Numbered from the stretch's first letter, positions 37,473 through 48,168 are shown. The stretch: DNA of 64,000 nt from Arcobacteraceae bacterium (GCA_965140475.1 OZ223243.1:29642-93641); one strand, 5' to 3'. Numbers and translations: made by a program. Notes: generated by a model from the sequence alone, not told the origin.

Positions 37473-37796
37473 ATGGAACATAACTCAATATTATTAGAAT
37501 TTTCAATGTTTCCAACAGATGTTGGAGAGAGTAAAAGTGAATATGTATCCTCAGTTGTTAAATGTGTAAGAGAAAGTGGTTATGACTATCAACTAACCCC
37601 TATGGCAACAATAGTAGAGTTTCCAAGTATGTCAGAAGCATTGAGTCTTGTCAAAGAGTGTTATGAGATCCTAGAAGCTAAAAAATGTAATAGAATATAC
37701 TCTGTACTTAAATTTGATATAAGAGCAAACTCAAAAGATAGAATGAGTTCAAAAATAAAATCAATAGAAGATAAAATAGGTGAGGTTAATAAATAA
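37473..37796 (+). CDS. MTH1187/YkoF-family (DUF77) thiamine-binding-like protein
   Basis: 107 aa with the ferredoxin-like pattern SMFPTD...YQLTPMATIVE typical of the family. Confidence 0.65.
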   Translation: MEHNSILLEFSMFPTDVGESKSEYVSSVVKCVRESGYDYQLTPMATIVEFPSMSEALSLVKECYEILEAKKCNRIYSVLKFDIRANSKDRMSSKIKSIEDKIGEVNK

Positions 37797-37797
37797 T

Positions 37798-38253
37798 TTA
37801 ATTTAATAATTCATCTATTCTTGTTTCATCAAAAATAGTTATACCACATTTTTTTAAAAGATTTGTTGTGACGCCAAAACCAAATATTGTAATTCCACTA
37901 AATGTTCCGTCATAAATAGTCTCACTAGAACATGATGGTGAATTAGCTTTTAAAAGAGCTTTTTTTATATTTTCTTTTTTACACAAATCAAGAGCTTTGT
38001 TTGCACCTACTAAAAAGTATTGTGTTTTATCTTCATAATTTTTATTTACTACTTGTATAGGATCAGTTGAGATTATTTCACAAGGAACTCTTGGAATCTC
38101 CATACCACTCTCAACTTCAGGACAAAATGGATAAAGCTCATATTTTTCTTCTAACTGTATAAGTAGATCCTCATCTATTAAATTATGACCACCATTATAC
38201 TTTACTAACTCACCCAATAAACAAGAACTAACCATTAGTTTTTCTTTTTTCAT
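37798..38253 (-). CDS. DUF523 family protein
   Basis: MVSSCLLGELVKYNGGHN N-terminus characteristic of DUF523. Confidence 0.65.
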   Translation of the reverse strand: MKKEKLMVSSCLLGELVKYNGGHNLIDEDLLIQLEEKYELYPFCPEVESGMEIPRVPCEIISTDPIQVVNKNYEDKTQYFLVGANKALDLCKKENIKKALLKANSPSCSSETIYDGTFSGITIFGFGVTTNLLKKCGITIFDETRIDELLN

Positions 38254-38262
38254 AAATCTCCT

Positions 38263-38292
38263 AAAACAAAAAACCCCGACTTACTGCCGAGG
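38263..38292 (-). terminator. Candidate rho-independent terminator downstream of the por operon
   Basis: Minus-strand RNA reads CCUCGG-CAGUAAG-UCGGGG (4 GC and 2 GU pairs, minus strand only) followed by UUUUUUGUUUU. It abuts the RBS of the DUF523 gene. Confidence 0.45.
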
Positions 38293-38424
38293 TTAAATTT
38301 TTAAAAAACAATCTTCCCAGTTTCTCTCAAGAATCAAGAGAAAAGTGTTTTCTTACGAAAGGAGTTTACTACTAGTAAATGACTGAAGTAAAAAACTCTT
38401 TTATCGCAATATTATTGAGAGAAA

Positions 38425-39402
38425 CTATACGCGAGCTTCCTCTCGTCTCTGTAGATATTCCCAATCTTTATCTACTCTTTTTTGCCACTCATCAATCAAG
38501 TATTCATACTCTGGTTTAAATAAGTGTTTAAATCTTGGTTGTACCCCTAAGTAATCTCTTACTGGTACAATATTTTTTGGTCTATATGTGATATTTAACT
38601 CTCTACCATCAATAATCTCATATAATGGGAATACTAATGAATCTGTAGCCATATCAGATACTTCTATTGTTTGGTGAATTGGAAATTTCCACTCTGTTGT
38701 ACAAGCTGACATTGCATTGATATAGACAGGTCCATTTGCATCAAATCCTTTTTGGATTTTTTTCACCATATCTTTCCATTTGTTTGGAGCAACTTGAGCA
38801 ACATAAGGAGCACCATGTGCTGCCATAATTTGCATCATATCTTTTTTGTGTTGTTTCTCACCATAAGAGTGACTTCCAGCTGGTGTAGTTGTTGCACTTG
38901 CACCAATAGGTGTAGAAGAACTTCTTTGTCCCCCTGTGTTTGCATAAACTTCATTGTCTAAACAAACATACATCATATTGTGTCCTCTTTCAAAACATCC
39001 AGAGATCCATTGGAAACCGATATCATAAGTAGCACCATCTCCACCAAAAGCGATAAATTTAGGCTCTGGTGTATTTGGATCAATTCTCCCTTTTCTTCTC
39101 AATGCCATATTTGCTCTCTCAGCACCTGCAATAGCAGTTGAAGAGTTTTCAAATCCAATATGAATCCATGAACAATCCCATGAAGTATGAGGATAAATTG
39201 CTGTACAAACTTCTAAACAACCTGTTGAAGCACTTACTACTAAGTTGTCATTAGTTGCATTTAAAATCTCTCTTACAATAATTGAGTGAGCACATCCTGG
39301 ACATAGAACATGAGCACCCTCAAATCTTTCTGCTGCTGTTGAGAAAGATTTTAAGTTTTTAATCTCTTTATTTCCTTGTGGTTTACCTAATAAAGTACTC
39401 AT
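38425..39402 (-). CDS. porB: Pyruvate:ferredoxin/flavodoxin oxidoreductase beta subunit (TPP-binding)
   Basis: GCAH, GGDGATYDIG (TPP motif) and the gene order gamma-delta-alpha-beta. Confidence 0.9.
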   Translation of the reverse strand: MSTLLGKPQGNKEIKNLKSFSTAAERFEGAHVLCPGCAHSIIVREILNATNDNLVVSASTGCLEVCTAIYPHTSWDCSWIHIGFENSSTAIAGAERANMALRRKGRIDPNTPEPKFIAFGGDGATYDIGFQWISGCFERGHNMMYVCLDNEVYANTGGQRSSSTPIGASATTTPAGSHSYGEKQHKKDMMQIMAAHGAPYVAQVAPNKWKDMVKKIQKGFDANGPVYINAMSACTTEWKFPIHQTIEVSDMATDSLVFPLYEIIDGRELNITYRPKNIVPVRDYLGVQPRFKHLFKPEYEYLIDEWQKRVDKDWEYLQRREEARV

Positions 39403-39405
39403 TTT

Positions 39406-40656
39406 CTATCCTTCTACACTATAATATTTTAATTCTGGACCTCTAACACCAATCCATTTTTGAATTGCGCTATCAAGTTTTCCAGCTTCAACTTCTGCTT
39501 GAGCATCTTTAAATATTGTACTTAAATGTCCAATATTAATATCTCTACCACCTAGTCCATAGATTTTATTACTTACTAATGGTCTATAAGGTGTGTTAAA
39601 TAAAGCAGCTGTAACATCGTTATAAAGTAACCCTGTTTGACCACCTGGTGCACTTCTATCCATACACACAACTGCTTTTGCATTTTTAAGAGTTTCTACA
39701 AGTTTATCCATTTGAGTTGGTCTAAAAACTCTTGGCATTACAACACCAGCTTTGATACCCTCTTCTCTCATTTTATCAGCTGCAACTTGTGCTGTTTGGT
39801 AAGTAGTACCCATACATACAACGATTACATCAGCATCATCTGCTTTATATGATTCAATCATGTTATACTTTCTACCACTAATTTTTGCATATTCTTCAAA
39901 TACTTCTTCTATAACAGTTGAAGAATCCATCATTGCTTTATTTTGTTTTGCTTTATGTTCAAAATGCCAATCAGATTCAGTTTGTACACCATGAGTTACT
40001 GGTTTATCAAAGTTTAACATTGAATTAACTTCTTTATAATCACCAACAAAATCATAAGCATCTTTATCAGACAATGGTCTTACATTTTGTGCTTTGTGTG
40101 ATGTTAAAAACCCATCTTGATTTACAATAACAGGAAGTCTTACATCAAGATGTTCACCAATTCTAAATGCACATAATACTAAATCATATGACTCCTCTGG
40201 TGTACATGCATCAATTGATATCCAACCTGATTGATTTGCTAAATACATATCTGAATGGTCACCATTTACATTTAATGGTGCTGCTAATGCTCTATTAATC
40301 ATACATAATACAATTGGTAATCTCATACCTGATGCTTGATATAAAGTCTCAACCATAAGTGCTAAACCTTGAGAAGAAGTTGCAGTTGCAGCTCTTGCTC
40401 CTGCAGCTGCAGCTCCAATACATCCAGACATTGCTGCATGCTCAGACTCAGTCATAATCATTTCACCATCTACATAACCATTTGCATTATGTGATGCATA
40501 AGCTTCAACTGTACCAGTTGATGGTGTAATAGGATATGCAGAAACAACATCAACGCTTGCTTGTCTTAAAGCATGTGAGTTTGCAACATTTCCATCCCAA
40601 ACTTCAACTTCATTTAATTCCATACTTCTTTTATTTCTATACATCTTCTTATTCAC
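39406..40656 (-). CDS. porA: Pyruvate:ferredoxin/flavodoxin oxidoreductase alpha subunit
   Basis: 416 aa with a conserved YPITPST motif, within the operon context. Confidence 0.9.
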   Translation of the reverse strand: MNKKMYRNKRSMELNEVEVWDGNVANSHALRQASVDVVSAYPITPSTGTVEAYASHNANGYVDGEMIMTESEHAAMSGCIGAAAAGARAATATSSQGLALMVETLYQASGMRLPIVLCMINRALAAPLNVNGDHSDMYLANQSGWISIDACTPEESYDLVLCAFRIGEHLDVRLPVIVNQDGFLTSHKAQNVRPLSDKDAYDFVGDYKEVNSMLNFDKPVTHGVQTESDWHFEHKAKQNKAMMDSSTVIEEVFEEYAKISGRKYNMIESYKADDADVIVVCMGTTYQTAQVAADKMREEGIKAGVVMPRVFRPTQMDKLVETLKNAKAVVCMDRSAPGGQTGLLYNDVTAALFNTPYRPLVSNKIYGLGGRDINIGHLSTIFKDAQAEVEAGKLDSAIQKWIGVRGPELKYYSVEG

Positions 40657-41110
40657 CTTTCTTTGTCTTCTCTGGCCATTGTGTCAGAGCATCTTCATTT
40701 TTTGTATGTTCATCAAACATTACTAAAGATTTTGGATTTGTAGGACAAACTTCCGAACAGATTCCACACCCTTTACAGTGATCATAATCAATTCCAACCA
40801 TCTCTTTATCTCTTGATATGATAGAACTATCTGGACAGTATAACCAACAATTTTGACAATCTATACAAAGGTCAACATTCCATACTGGTTTTACAACTCT
40901 CCAATCTCCAACATATTTGTTAATTGAGTTTGTTTCTGCTGTATTTCTATCTTCTGGATGAACATCTACTACAGTATGATCTATTTCACCTTCAAATGAA
41001 AAACATGCAGCTCCAGGAACTAATTCGTCCCATCCCATATCCCAAATTGAATTTTCAAAATGGTCTTTATTCTTATATAAATTATTTACTAAATCTTTAT
41101 GTTGTGCCAT
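40649..41110 (-). CDS. porD: Pyruvate:ferredoxin/flavodoxin oxidoreductase delta subunit (2x[4Fe-4S])
   Basis: CIDCQNCWLYCP and CKGCGICSEVCP. Confidence 0.88.
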   Translation of the reverse strand: MAQHKDLVNNLYKNKDHFENSIWDMGWDELVPGAACFSFEGEIDHTVVDVHPEDRNTAETNSINKYVGDWRVVKPVWNVDLCIDCQNCWLYCPDSSIISRDKEMVGIDYDHCKGCGICSEVCPTNPKSLVMFDEHTKNEDALTQWPEKTKKGE

Positions 41111-41119
41111 TACCTACTC

Positions 41120-41683
41120 CTATTTCACTTCATCATATGCTCGCTGAATAGCCAACATATTTGCATCAATAATTTTTTCAGGAAGTTTTCCAAGTACTTT
41201 TTTCATTGCAATTTTAAAATCTTCAATAGGGAACATTCCACTAATTTTCATAAATGCTCCAAGTACAGGTGTATTTGGTATTGGTCGCCCAATAGTTTCT
41301 TGTGCTATTTTTAGACAATCTACAGTGTAAACACTATCCTCTTTTCCATGCAGTGCAGGGATAAGTGATATTAATTCACTTTTTTCAAGATGTGTTGTAA
41401 TAATATATTTTGTATTTTCATCACAATCTTCAGTTATATTATCTGAAAAAGCTAATCCTGGATCTATAACAAATACAAAGTTTGGACACATATATCTTTC
41501 ATGGTTTAATAATTCGTTATCATCGACTCTGTTATAAGCAGTCATAGCTGCACCTCTTTTTGCAGAACCATAAAATGAGAACGCTTGCACTTGCTTACCA
41601 GTAGCTGCCAAAACAGAGGCTAATCCTTTAGCTCCTGTAACCGCTCCTTGCCCAGCACGACTGTGCCATCTAATCTCTAGCAT
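41120..41683 (-). CDS. porC: Pyruvate:ferredoxin/flavodoxin oxidoreductase gamma subunit
   Basis: 187 aa starting MLEIRWHSRAGQGAVT, typical of the gamma subunit. First gene of a porCDAB-type operon. Confidence 0.88.
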   Translation of the reverse strand: MLEIRWHSRAGQGAVTGAKGLASVLAATGKQVQAFSFYGSAKRGAAMTAYNRVDDNELLNHERYMCPNFVFVIDPGLAFSDNITEDCDENTKYIITTHLEKSELISLIPALHGKEDSVYTVDCLKIAQETIGRPIPNTPVLGAFMKISGMFPIEDFKIAMKKVLGKLPEKIIDANMLAIQRAYDEVK

Positions 41684-41765
41684 TTTAACTCCTATACTTG
41701 TTTATTTTTTTAATATTAACTAAACTATAATTTCTTAGCCCAATTTTAAGCAATTACAACTTACA

Positions 41766-42431
41766 TTATGCTTTAGAAATGGTGCTTTTAATTAAATTTA
41801 CCGCTTCTAAAGCATTGGTGGTTACAAGAGGTGTGTAGCAACATAACTCTTTCTTATAACCATATCCGCACAATACCCCACAACTACTAATATTAGCGCG
41901 ATTTGCTGCAATCAAATCTAACTTTGTATCTCCAATCATAAAAACCTCTCTAGAAGGCTTTATCCCCATACTTTTTAGTGCAACTTCAATCGGTTCTGGG
42001 TCAGGTTTTGGATTTTTTACCTCTTGGCGACCAATTATTGTCTCAAAATATTCAAAAATACCTAAATTTTTCAATAATGGAATACTATACTGTGTAGTCT
42101 TTGTAGTAACCACTCCAAGTCTTGCAAATTTTGCCGCTTCTTGGACTGATTCCTTTGCAAATTCTAATAAAAGTGTCTTCTCTTCTGAAATTTCTCTATA
42201 ATTTTCTTTATAGCTCTCAACAAAATCCATAACTCTATTTTGCTCAACTCCTAGATTAGCAAACATGATATCTAATGGATACCCTATATGACTTTTTATC
42301 TCCTCATCATCTCCACTAAAATTAAAATCTTGTTTTGTAAAAGCATAATGAAATGATTCTAATATCGCTTCTGTACTATCTATTAAAGTACCATCTAAAT
42401 CAAATAGTATTGTTATATTTTTCTTATTCAC
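41766..42431 (-). CDS. HAD-superfamily hydrolase (phosphoglycolate phosphatase-like)
   Basis: Motif I FDLDGTLIDS, motif II VVTTK, motif IV GDTKLD. Confidence 0.8.
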   Translation of the reverse strand: MNKKNITILFDLDGTLIDSTEAILESFHYAFTKQDFNFSGDDEEIKSHIGYPLDIMFANLGVEQNRVMDFVESYKENYREISEEKTLLLEFAKESVQEAAKFARLGVVTTKTTQYSIPLLKNLGIFEYFETIIGRQEVKNPKPDPEPIEVALKSMGIKPSREVFMIGDTKLDLIAANRANISSCGVLCGYGYKKELCCYTPLVTTNALEAVNLIKSTISKA

Positions 42432-43926
42432 TTTTTATCCACTCCTCTTGATTATGTGTAATACCTATAAGTGCTGGTGATACATTTTTTATATTTTTAT
42501 TAACACTTGTAATGCTATTAGGTACAAATAAAAAAAGATACGGTAAATCATCACTTATATATTTATAAATTTTTTTATAAATTTTACCAAACTCTTTTCT
42601 ATCTATGGTTCTTTCTGCTTGTTCTATAAGTTTATCTACTTCACTATTTCTATACCCCACAAAATTAAATCCACCCTTTTTATCACTAGAACTATGCCAA
42701 ATAGATCTAGCATCAGGTGTTAAAGATAAATTCCATCCTAAAATTACAGCTTCAAAATTTCTTGGATGAACCACTGTATTTAGAAAAGCTTGCCACTCCA
42801 TCACTCGTATTTTCATCTCTACACCAATCTGTTTTAGTTGATGTTGCATTATTTGAGCTACATTAACCCCTGTTGAACTACCAGCACTTGTAATAACTGT
42901 AAATGAAAAAGGATTTTCTTTCGTATATCCAGCTTCTTCTAATAGTTGTTTTGCTTTTAGTTTATTTTGTACAATAGGTTTCACATCTTCATTATATGCA
43001 ATACTTCCTTTTAAAAAAGGTCCAGTACAAACAGAAGCATGACCAAAATACAAGATATCTGCCATCTGTTGTCTATCGATAGCTAAACTAATCGCTTCTC
43101 TTACTTTCAAATCTTTAAACTTGTCACTTTTTAAATTTAAACCCACATAAGAGTAACCAAAACTTTGTTTTTCATAAATGTTAAAATTTGATTTAAATTG
43201 TTCATCAATCTGTCTATCAACTTGAATTGGAGTTAATCCACCTAAATCCAATTGTTTTTGTTTTAACATATAAAATGAAGTTGTAGGGTCTGGGACAAAT
43301 TTATATAATATTTTTTCAATATATGGCACTTTTTCAAAATAGTTTTTATTTACTTCTAAAACAATATCACTTGAAAGTTTTAATTCATTGAGTGTGTAAG
43401 GTCCTGTTCCTATTGGCTTTTTATTAAATGATGCAGTCATAATATTTTCTTCATCTTTTAAAATATGGGAAGGGAGCATCCCCATCATCCAAATCTCTAA
43501 AGCTTTAAAATATGGTTCTTTATAATCAATTTGTATTGTATATTTATCTATAATTTTTACAGCTTTTACTTTTGAATAATTTGAGGTGTATGGTGAGAAT
43601 AATTTTGGGTTTATTATTGTATTGTATGTAAAAAGTACATCTTGTGATGTAAACTCTTTTCCATCATGCCACCGCACATTTTGTTTCAGTTTTACTATTA
43701 AAGTAATTTTATCTTTGAAATAATATGATTGTGCCAAATCTTCAACAACATTTCCATCTTTGTCATACTTAAATAGTCCATTAAAAACCCAATCTGCAAT
43801 TTCAGCACTTGCAGAGTCTGATGCTAAAATAGGATTAATTCTACTAGGATTTGATGATAAACTTAAATTTAAAGTTGATGCAAATAAAAAAGTATTAATT
43901 AGAAGTAGATATATTAGATTTTTCAT
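42424..43926 (-). CDS. ABC transporter substrate-binding protein, family 5 (peptide/nickel type); start moved to ATG 43926
   Basis: The internal Met gives the signal peptide MKNLIYLLLINTFLFAS. The track N-terminus would run through the rpsI terminators and into rpsI. Confidence 0.8.
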   Translation of the reverse strand: MKNLIYLLLINTFLFASTLNLSLSSNPSRINPILASDSASAEIADWVFNGLFKYDKDGNVVEDLAQSYYFKDKITLIVKLKQNVRWHDGKEFTSQDVLFTYNTIINPKLFSPYTSNYSKVKAVKIIDKYTIQIDYKEPYFKALEIWMMGMLPSHILKDEENIMTASFNKKPIGTGPYTLNELKLSSDIVLEVNKNYFEKVPYIEKILYKFVPDPTTSFYMLKQKQLDLGGLTPIQVDRQIDEQFKSNFNIYEKQSFGYSYVGLNLKSDKFKDLKVREAISLAIDRQQMADILYFGHASVCTGPFLKGSIAYNEDVKPIVQNKLKAKQLLEEAGYTKENPFSFTVITSAGSSTGVNVAQIMQHQLKQIGVEMKIRVMEWQAFLNTVVHPRNFEAVILGWNLSLTPDARSIWHSSSDKKGGFNFVGYRNSEVDKLIEQAERTIDRKEFGKIYKKIYKYISDDLPYLFLFVPNSITSVNKNIKNVSPALIGITHNQEEWIKSE

Positions 43927-43940
43927 AATGAATTGTACAT

Positions 43941-43999
43941 AAAAAAAGCCAAAAAGAAAATCCTTTTTGGCTTTTGAAAAAAATTGGTAAAAATACCAA
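43941..43999 (-). terminator. Two tandem rho-independent terminators after rpsI
   Basis: On the minus strand: TTGGTA-TTTT-TACCAA plus T7, then AGCCAAAAAG-GATTTT-CTTTTTGGCT plus T7. Confidence 0.8.
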
Positions 44000-44389
44000 T
44001 TATCTTTTTGAGAACTGAGGAGATCTTCTCGCTTTTCTTTTCCCTGGCTTTTTTCTTTCAACAGATCTTGAATCTCTTGTAAGTAAACCGTGTGGTTTAA
44101 GAATTGTTCTGAATTGCTCATCATAAGCAACTAATGCTCTTGAGATACCATGTCTTAAAGCATCAGCTTGTGCAGAGTAACCACCACCTAAAGTTTTTGC
44201 TACTATGTTTACTGATTCTAATTGTTTAGATACTTCTAGTGGTTGTCTAACTCTTTTTTTAAGAGCTTCGTGTCCACCTAGCCAAACATTTAATGCTACA
44301 CCATTTACAGTGATTTCACCTTTTCCAACTTCTAACCACACTTTTGCGATTGCAGTTTTTCTTCTTCCTGTTGCGTATACTTTTGCCAT
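44000..44389 (-). CDS. rpsI: 30S ribosomal protein S9
   Basis: 129 aa ending in the [11 protein letters not shown] tail. Confidence 0.97.
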   Translation of the reverse strand: MAKVYATGRRKTAIAKVWLEVGKGEITVNGVALNVWLGGHEALKKRVRQPLEVSKQLESVNIVAKTLGGGYSAQADALRHGISRALVAYDEQFRTILKPHGLLTRDSRSVERKKPGKRKARRSPQFSKR

Positions 44390-44394
44390 CTATA

Positions 44395-44814
44395 TTATCC
44401 TTGTACCTGTGCTGTATGTGGGTGTTCTGCACCTTCATAAACTTTTAAGTTTTTAAGTATTTTTGCACCTAATTTTGTTTTTGGTAACATACCTCTAGTA
44501 GCTAATCTAAATAGCTTCTCTGGGTTGTTTTCTAACATATCTGACATTTTGTGAGTTTTTGTACTACCAAAATAACCAGAGTGTGTGAAGTAATTTTTAT
44601 CTGCTAATTTAGCACCAGTAAATTTAACTTTACCAGCATTGATAATAATAACATTATCTCCACAATCAATATTTGGTGTGAAAGATGGTTTGTTTTTCCC
44701 TCTTAAAATTGTTGCAACTTCTGTAATTAGTCTACCGAAAATTCTATCTGTAGCATCAATTACAATCCAGTCTTTTTTAACATCTACTTGATGTGTACTT
44801 TGTGTAAATTTCAT
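44395..44814 (-). CDS. rplM: 50S ribosomal protein L13
   Basis: 139 aa containing WIVIDATD..GRL, in the rplM-rpsI pairing. Confidence 0.97.
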   Translation of the reverse strand: MKFTQSTHQVDVKKDWIVIDATDRIFGRLITEVATILRGKNKPSFTPNIDCGDNVIIINAGKVKFTGAKLADKNYFTHSGYFGSTKTHKMSDMLENNPEKLFRLATRGMLPKTKLGAKILKNLKVYEGAEHPHTAQVQG

Positions 44815-44982
44815 CTGAAATATATCCTTTCTTGAAAATAAGTTCGGAATAATATCGATATTTACTTAAACAAAGCTGAATTTCAGTTTCTTATAAGATT
44901 TATTTTTAAATTCTTTTTTATTCGTATTGATTTTAGTTAGATTAGAATATAATTATATCAATATTATCATAAAGAGAATATC

Positions 44983-46077
44983 ATGAACTACTATACAAAA
45001 GAATTATCAGCTATCAAAAAATCTAATAGATTTAGAAAAAGAAAAATTTACAATCCCACTTTAAAAGATATGGCATCAAATGATTATCTGGGACTTGCGT
45101 CTAATAAACAAACATTTACAAAAGCATATAAAAGAGTTTCACAAGAAAGATCAGTGGCTCCAAAAGCTTCACTAATAGTAAATGGTTACTCAAATATTCA
45201 TAAAAAATTTGAAAAAAAACTTTGTAAAATTAATGGCTTTAAAGCAGGGATTGTAGTAGGAAGTGGTTTTTTAGCAAATATCTCACTTATTGAAAGTATG
45301 GCTCGAAAAAAAGATATTATTTTTATAGATGAAGAATATCATGCAAGTGGTATCTTAGCTTCAAAGTTAACTCAAGGGGAAGTTGTATTTTTCAAGCACA
45401 ATGATTTTGAAGATTTAGAAACTAAAATAAAATCTAGTCAAAACTACAACAGAATTCTTATAGCCATAGAGGGTGTTTACTCAATGGGTGGAGATATAGC
45501 TCCAAAAGAGTTTTATGATATTTCAAATAGATACAATGCTCTATTAATAGTTGATGAAGCTCATAGTTCTGGTGTTATTGGGGAAAATCTACTTGGCTGG
45601 TTTGATTATCATAAAATAAAACCAAAAAACAATCATATAAAAATGGGAACTCTAGGAAAAGCATATGGAAGCTATGGAGCTTATATCTTAGCTTCAAAAG
45701 AGATAATATCATTTTTAGAAAATAGAGCTAAACCTATTATCTATAGTACAGCACCTTCACTTTTTGATATAGCTTTAGGATATGAAAACCTCAAATTTAT
45801 AATAAAATACAAACAAGATATAACAGAAAAGATTTCAGAGTATCAACAAATTGTAAAAGAAAAATTAGGTATCACTACAAACTCAATGATAGTTCCTATA
45901 GTGATAGATGATAATAAAAAAGTATTAGAGATACAAAATCAACTTTTAGAAGCTGGATATATAGTAGGTGCCATACGGCAACCAACTGTAAAAACAGCTA
46001 TCATACGACTTATAATCAAACTCGATATTACAAAAAGAGATTTAGAACATATTTGTGAACTTATAAAAAAATATTAA
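44983..46077 (+). CDS. bioF: 8-amino-7-oxononanoate synthase-like PLP-dependent acyltransferase
   Basis: 364 aa of the alpha-oxoamine synthase pattern (SNDYLGL, DEAHS, GTLGKA PLP-lysine). Confidence 0.78.
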   Translation: MNYYTKELSAIKKSNRFRKRKIYNPTLKDMASNDYLGLASNKQTFTKAYKRVSQERSVAPKASLIVNGYSNIHKKFEKKLCKINGFKAGIVVGSGFLANISLIESMARKKDIIFIDEEYHASGILASKLTQGEVVFFKHNDFEDLETKIKSSQNYNRILIAIEGVYSMGGDIAPKEFYDISNRYNALLIVDEAHSSGVIGENLLGWFDYHKIKPKNNHIKMGTLGKAYGSYGAYILASKEIISFLENRAKPIIYSTAPSLFDIALGYENLKFIIKYKQDITEKISEYQQIVKEKLGITTNSMIVPIVIDDNKKVLEIQNQLLEAGYIVGAIRQPTVKTAIIRLIIKLDITKRDLEHICELIKKY

Positions 46078-46190
46078 AATAATGACTCTAGGTATAATAA
46101 TATGTTAGTATAAATTAAAAAATAATTTACTATTTTAGACTTTAATTCTATTATGATATAATCAATAAGCAATTTTATACTGGATAGTTG

Positions 46191-48095
46191 ATGAAAATTA
46201 CTAACAAAAAAACTTTTTTATATAATATATTTAGAATATTTATTCTCTTAATGTTTTCACTAAACCTTTTTGGTAATAGTGACCTAGCAAATACTCAAGT
46301 ACAAACACCTATTGAAGAAACTATGCCCGATGAAGTAAGTCCATATGACCTTGGACTTATAATTAATCTCATTCATAATCAAGATATTAAAATAGATGAT
46401 AGTAGGCATATTGAAAAAATAGATAATGAAATGGAAAAGATTGTCAAAAATATTAATAGTGAAACTCTTTATATTTTTGATGAAAATGAGTATGAAAAAA
46501 AGATTACTTTTCTCAATAGTAAAATAAATATTAATTCCAAGTACAAAAATACCTTAGCTGTTTCAAGAGATATGCTAAAAATTGCTATTTTAGAAAATAA
46601 AAAGAATTATGCACAAATTATTAATTCTATTATCAATGGGAAAAATTCTTTCAAAGATAGAAAATATTTTATCACTTTATTTGACAAAGCGATAGAGGCA
46701 TTAAATAAGATAGATTTAACTCAATATAAAAAAAGTGCTTTACTAATATCTGCCAATCAAGACACTATTTCTAATGACTTTAAAACTGCTTTGACTACTT
46801 TAGATGATCAAATAAAAGCGTATATGTTTGTATTTAATTATTTAAAATCTAATATCCAAGAGTATAGACCAAGTAATTTTATTTTAGATGAATTAAGTTT
46901 AAAGTATATTATTAAAAAAATAGATTCAAATAGTTATATACAAAATGTATCTGAAATTTTTAACTATTATTTACATATTTCAATAGGTAAGATTGTAGTT
47001 TTAATCTCTATACTCGCACTATTTTTTTTAATAAATAAAAAAGTGTTGCCTTTTTTTACAAAATTAGCCACTAAAAAATTATCCAAAAAAATTGAAGTAT
47101 TAAATATCTCTTTTTTAGAAATATTACCTCCTAGTTTTAGTTTTGCAATCTCTATCATTATATATATTTTTGCATTACAATTATCACTATTTTTACTTAT
47201 TGAAAAAGCAAGTACTTTAAATCAATTAGTACCTTGGTTTAATACAGTTTATCTTGCGCTTATTACCTATATGTTTTATAGAATTTTAAGTAATTACATT
47301 AACTTATCATCAGATAAAATATTTAGTGACCATCCAAATATGAGAAAGGAGATGGTAGATTTTGTATTAAGGATTTTAAAAGTAATTATTTTTATTTTTA
47401 TACTACTATTTTTATTGCTACAATTAAATTTTGATATCAAAGCTATTATTGCATCTCTTGGTATTGGAGGTATTGCTATAGCCCTTGCAGCTAAAGATAC
47501 CCTTTCCAATTTTTTTGGTTCTTTAAATATTATTACTGATAACTCATTTTCACAAGGAGATTGGATTGAAGCTGGAAATGTAGAGGGAACTGTTGTTGAT
47601 ATAAGAATGAGAACTACAAGAATCCGAACCTTTGCAAATGCTATGATTACTGTACCAAATGCTCAATTAGCCAATATGTCAATACTTAATTGGTCAAAAA
47701 GAGTTATAGGTAGAAGAATCAAAATGTCTATAGGGATAACTTACGGAAGTAAAATGAGTGATATTGAAAATCTTGTTCTTGATATTAGAAATATGTTACA
47801 CGAACACCCATCAATTGCCAGTTCAAAGTTAAATATAGATAAAAAACCCTATTTATTAAAAAGAGAAGATTTGGTTGGTATAAAAAATACTACCTTAGTT
47901 TATATTGATGAATACGCTAATAGCTCAATCAATATATTAGTATATTGTTTTAGTAAAAGTCCAGATTGGGAAGATTGGTTAGCTACCAAACAAGATGTAA
48001 TGATACAAATTTCGCAGCTAGTAAATAAAAACAACTGCTCATTTGCTTTCCCTACACAAACTATTCACTTGGAAAAAAGCGATTCAAAACTATAA
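46191..48095 (+). CDS. Mechanosensitive ion channel (MscS family, extended N-terminal periplasmic/TM region)
   Basis: Signal peptide, multiple TM segments and an MscS core (GIGGIAIALAAKDTLSNFFGS..GDWIE..G.VVDI). ATG at 46191 lies just after the track TTG. Confidence 0.85.
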   Translation: MKITNKKTFLYNIFRIFILLMFSLNLFGNSDLANTQVQTPIEETMPDEVSPYDLGLIINLIHNQDIKIDDSRHIEKIDNEMEKIVKNINSETLYIFDENEYEKKITFLNSKININSKYKNTLAVSRDMLKIAILENKKNYAQIINSIINGKNSFKDRKYFITLFDKAIEALNKIDLTQYKKSALLISANQDTISNDFKTALTTLDDQIKAYMFVFNYLKSNIQEYRPSNFILDELSLKYIIKKIDSNSYIQNVSEIFNYYLHISIGKIVVLISILALFFLINKKVLPFFTKLATKKLSKKIEVLNISFLEILPPSFSFAISIIIYIFALQLSLFLLIEKASTLNQLVPWFNTVYLALITYMFYRILSNYINLSSDKIFSDHPNMRKEMVDFVLRILKVIIFIFILLFLLLQLNFDIKAIIASLGIGGIAIALAAKDTLSNFFGSLNIITDNSFSQGDWIEAGNVEGTVVDIRMRTTRIRTFANAMITVPNAQLANMSILNWSKRVIGRRIKMSIGITYGSKMSDIENLVLDIRNMLHEHPSIASSKLNIDKKPYLLKREDLVGIKNTTLVYIDEYANSSINILVYCFSKSPDWEDWLATKQDVMIQISQLVNKNNCSFAFPTQTIHLEKSDSKL

Positions 48096-48168
48096 AATAT
48101 TGTTCTACAATTATTAATTAAAGTTATCTTTGCTATGATTTTTAAATAAATCTTACAAGGATATTCAA

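Noticed and set aside
43927-44130. N-terminal 68-aa extension of the substrate-binding protein ORF (track start 44130)
   Set aside because: The extension would read through two rho-independent terminators and overlap rpsI by 131 nt. The internal Met at 43926 gives a proper signal peptide.
44876-44886. CTGAA-T-TTCAG palindrome in the rplM/bioF divergent region, and TGGTAT-T-ATACCA at about 34064-34076 between mnmG and the mla operon, as operator sites
   Set aside because: The arms are only 5-6 bp in very AT-rich intergenic DNA, which is expected by chance, and there is no second copy or associated regulator.
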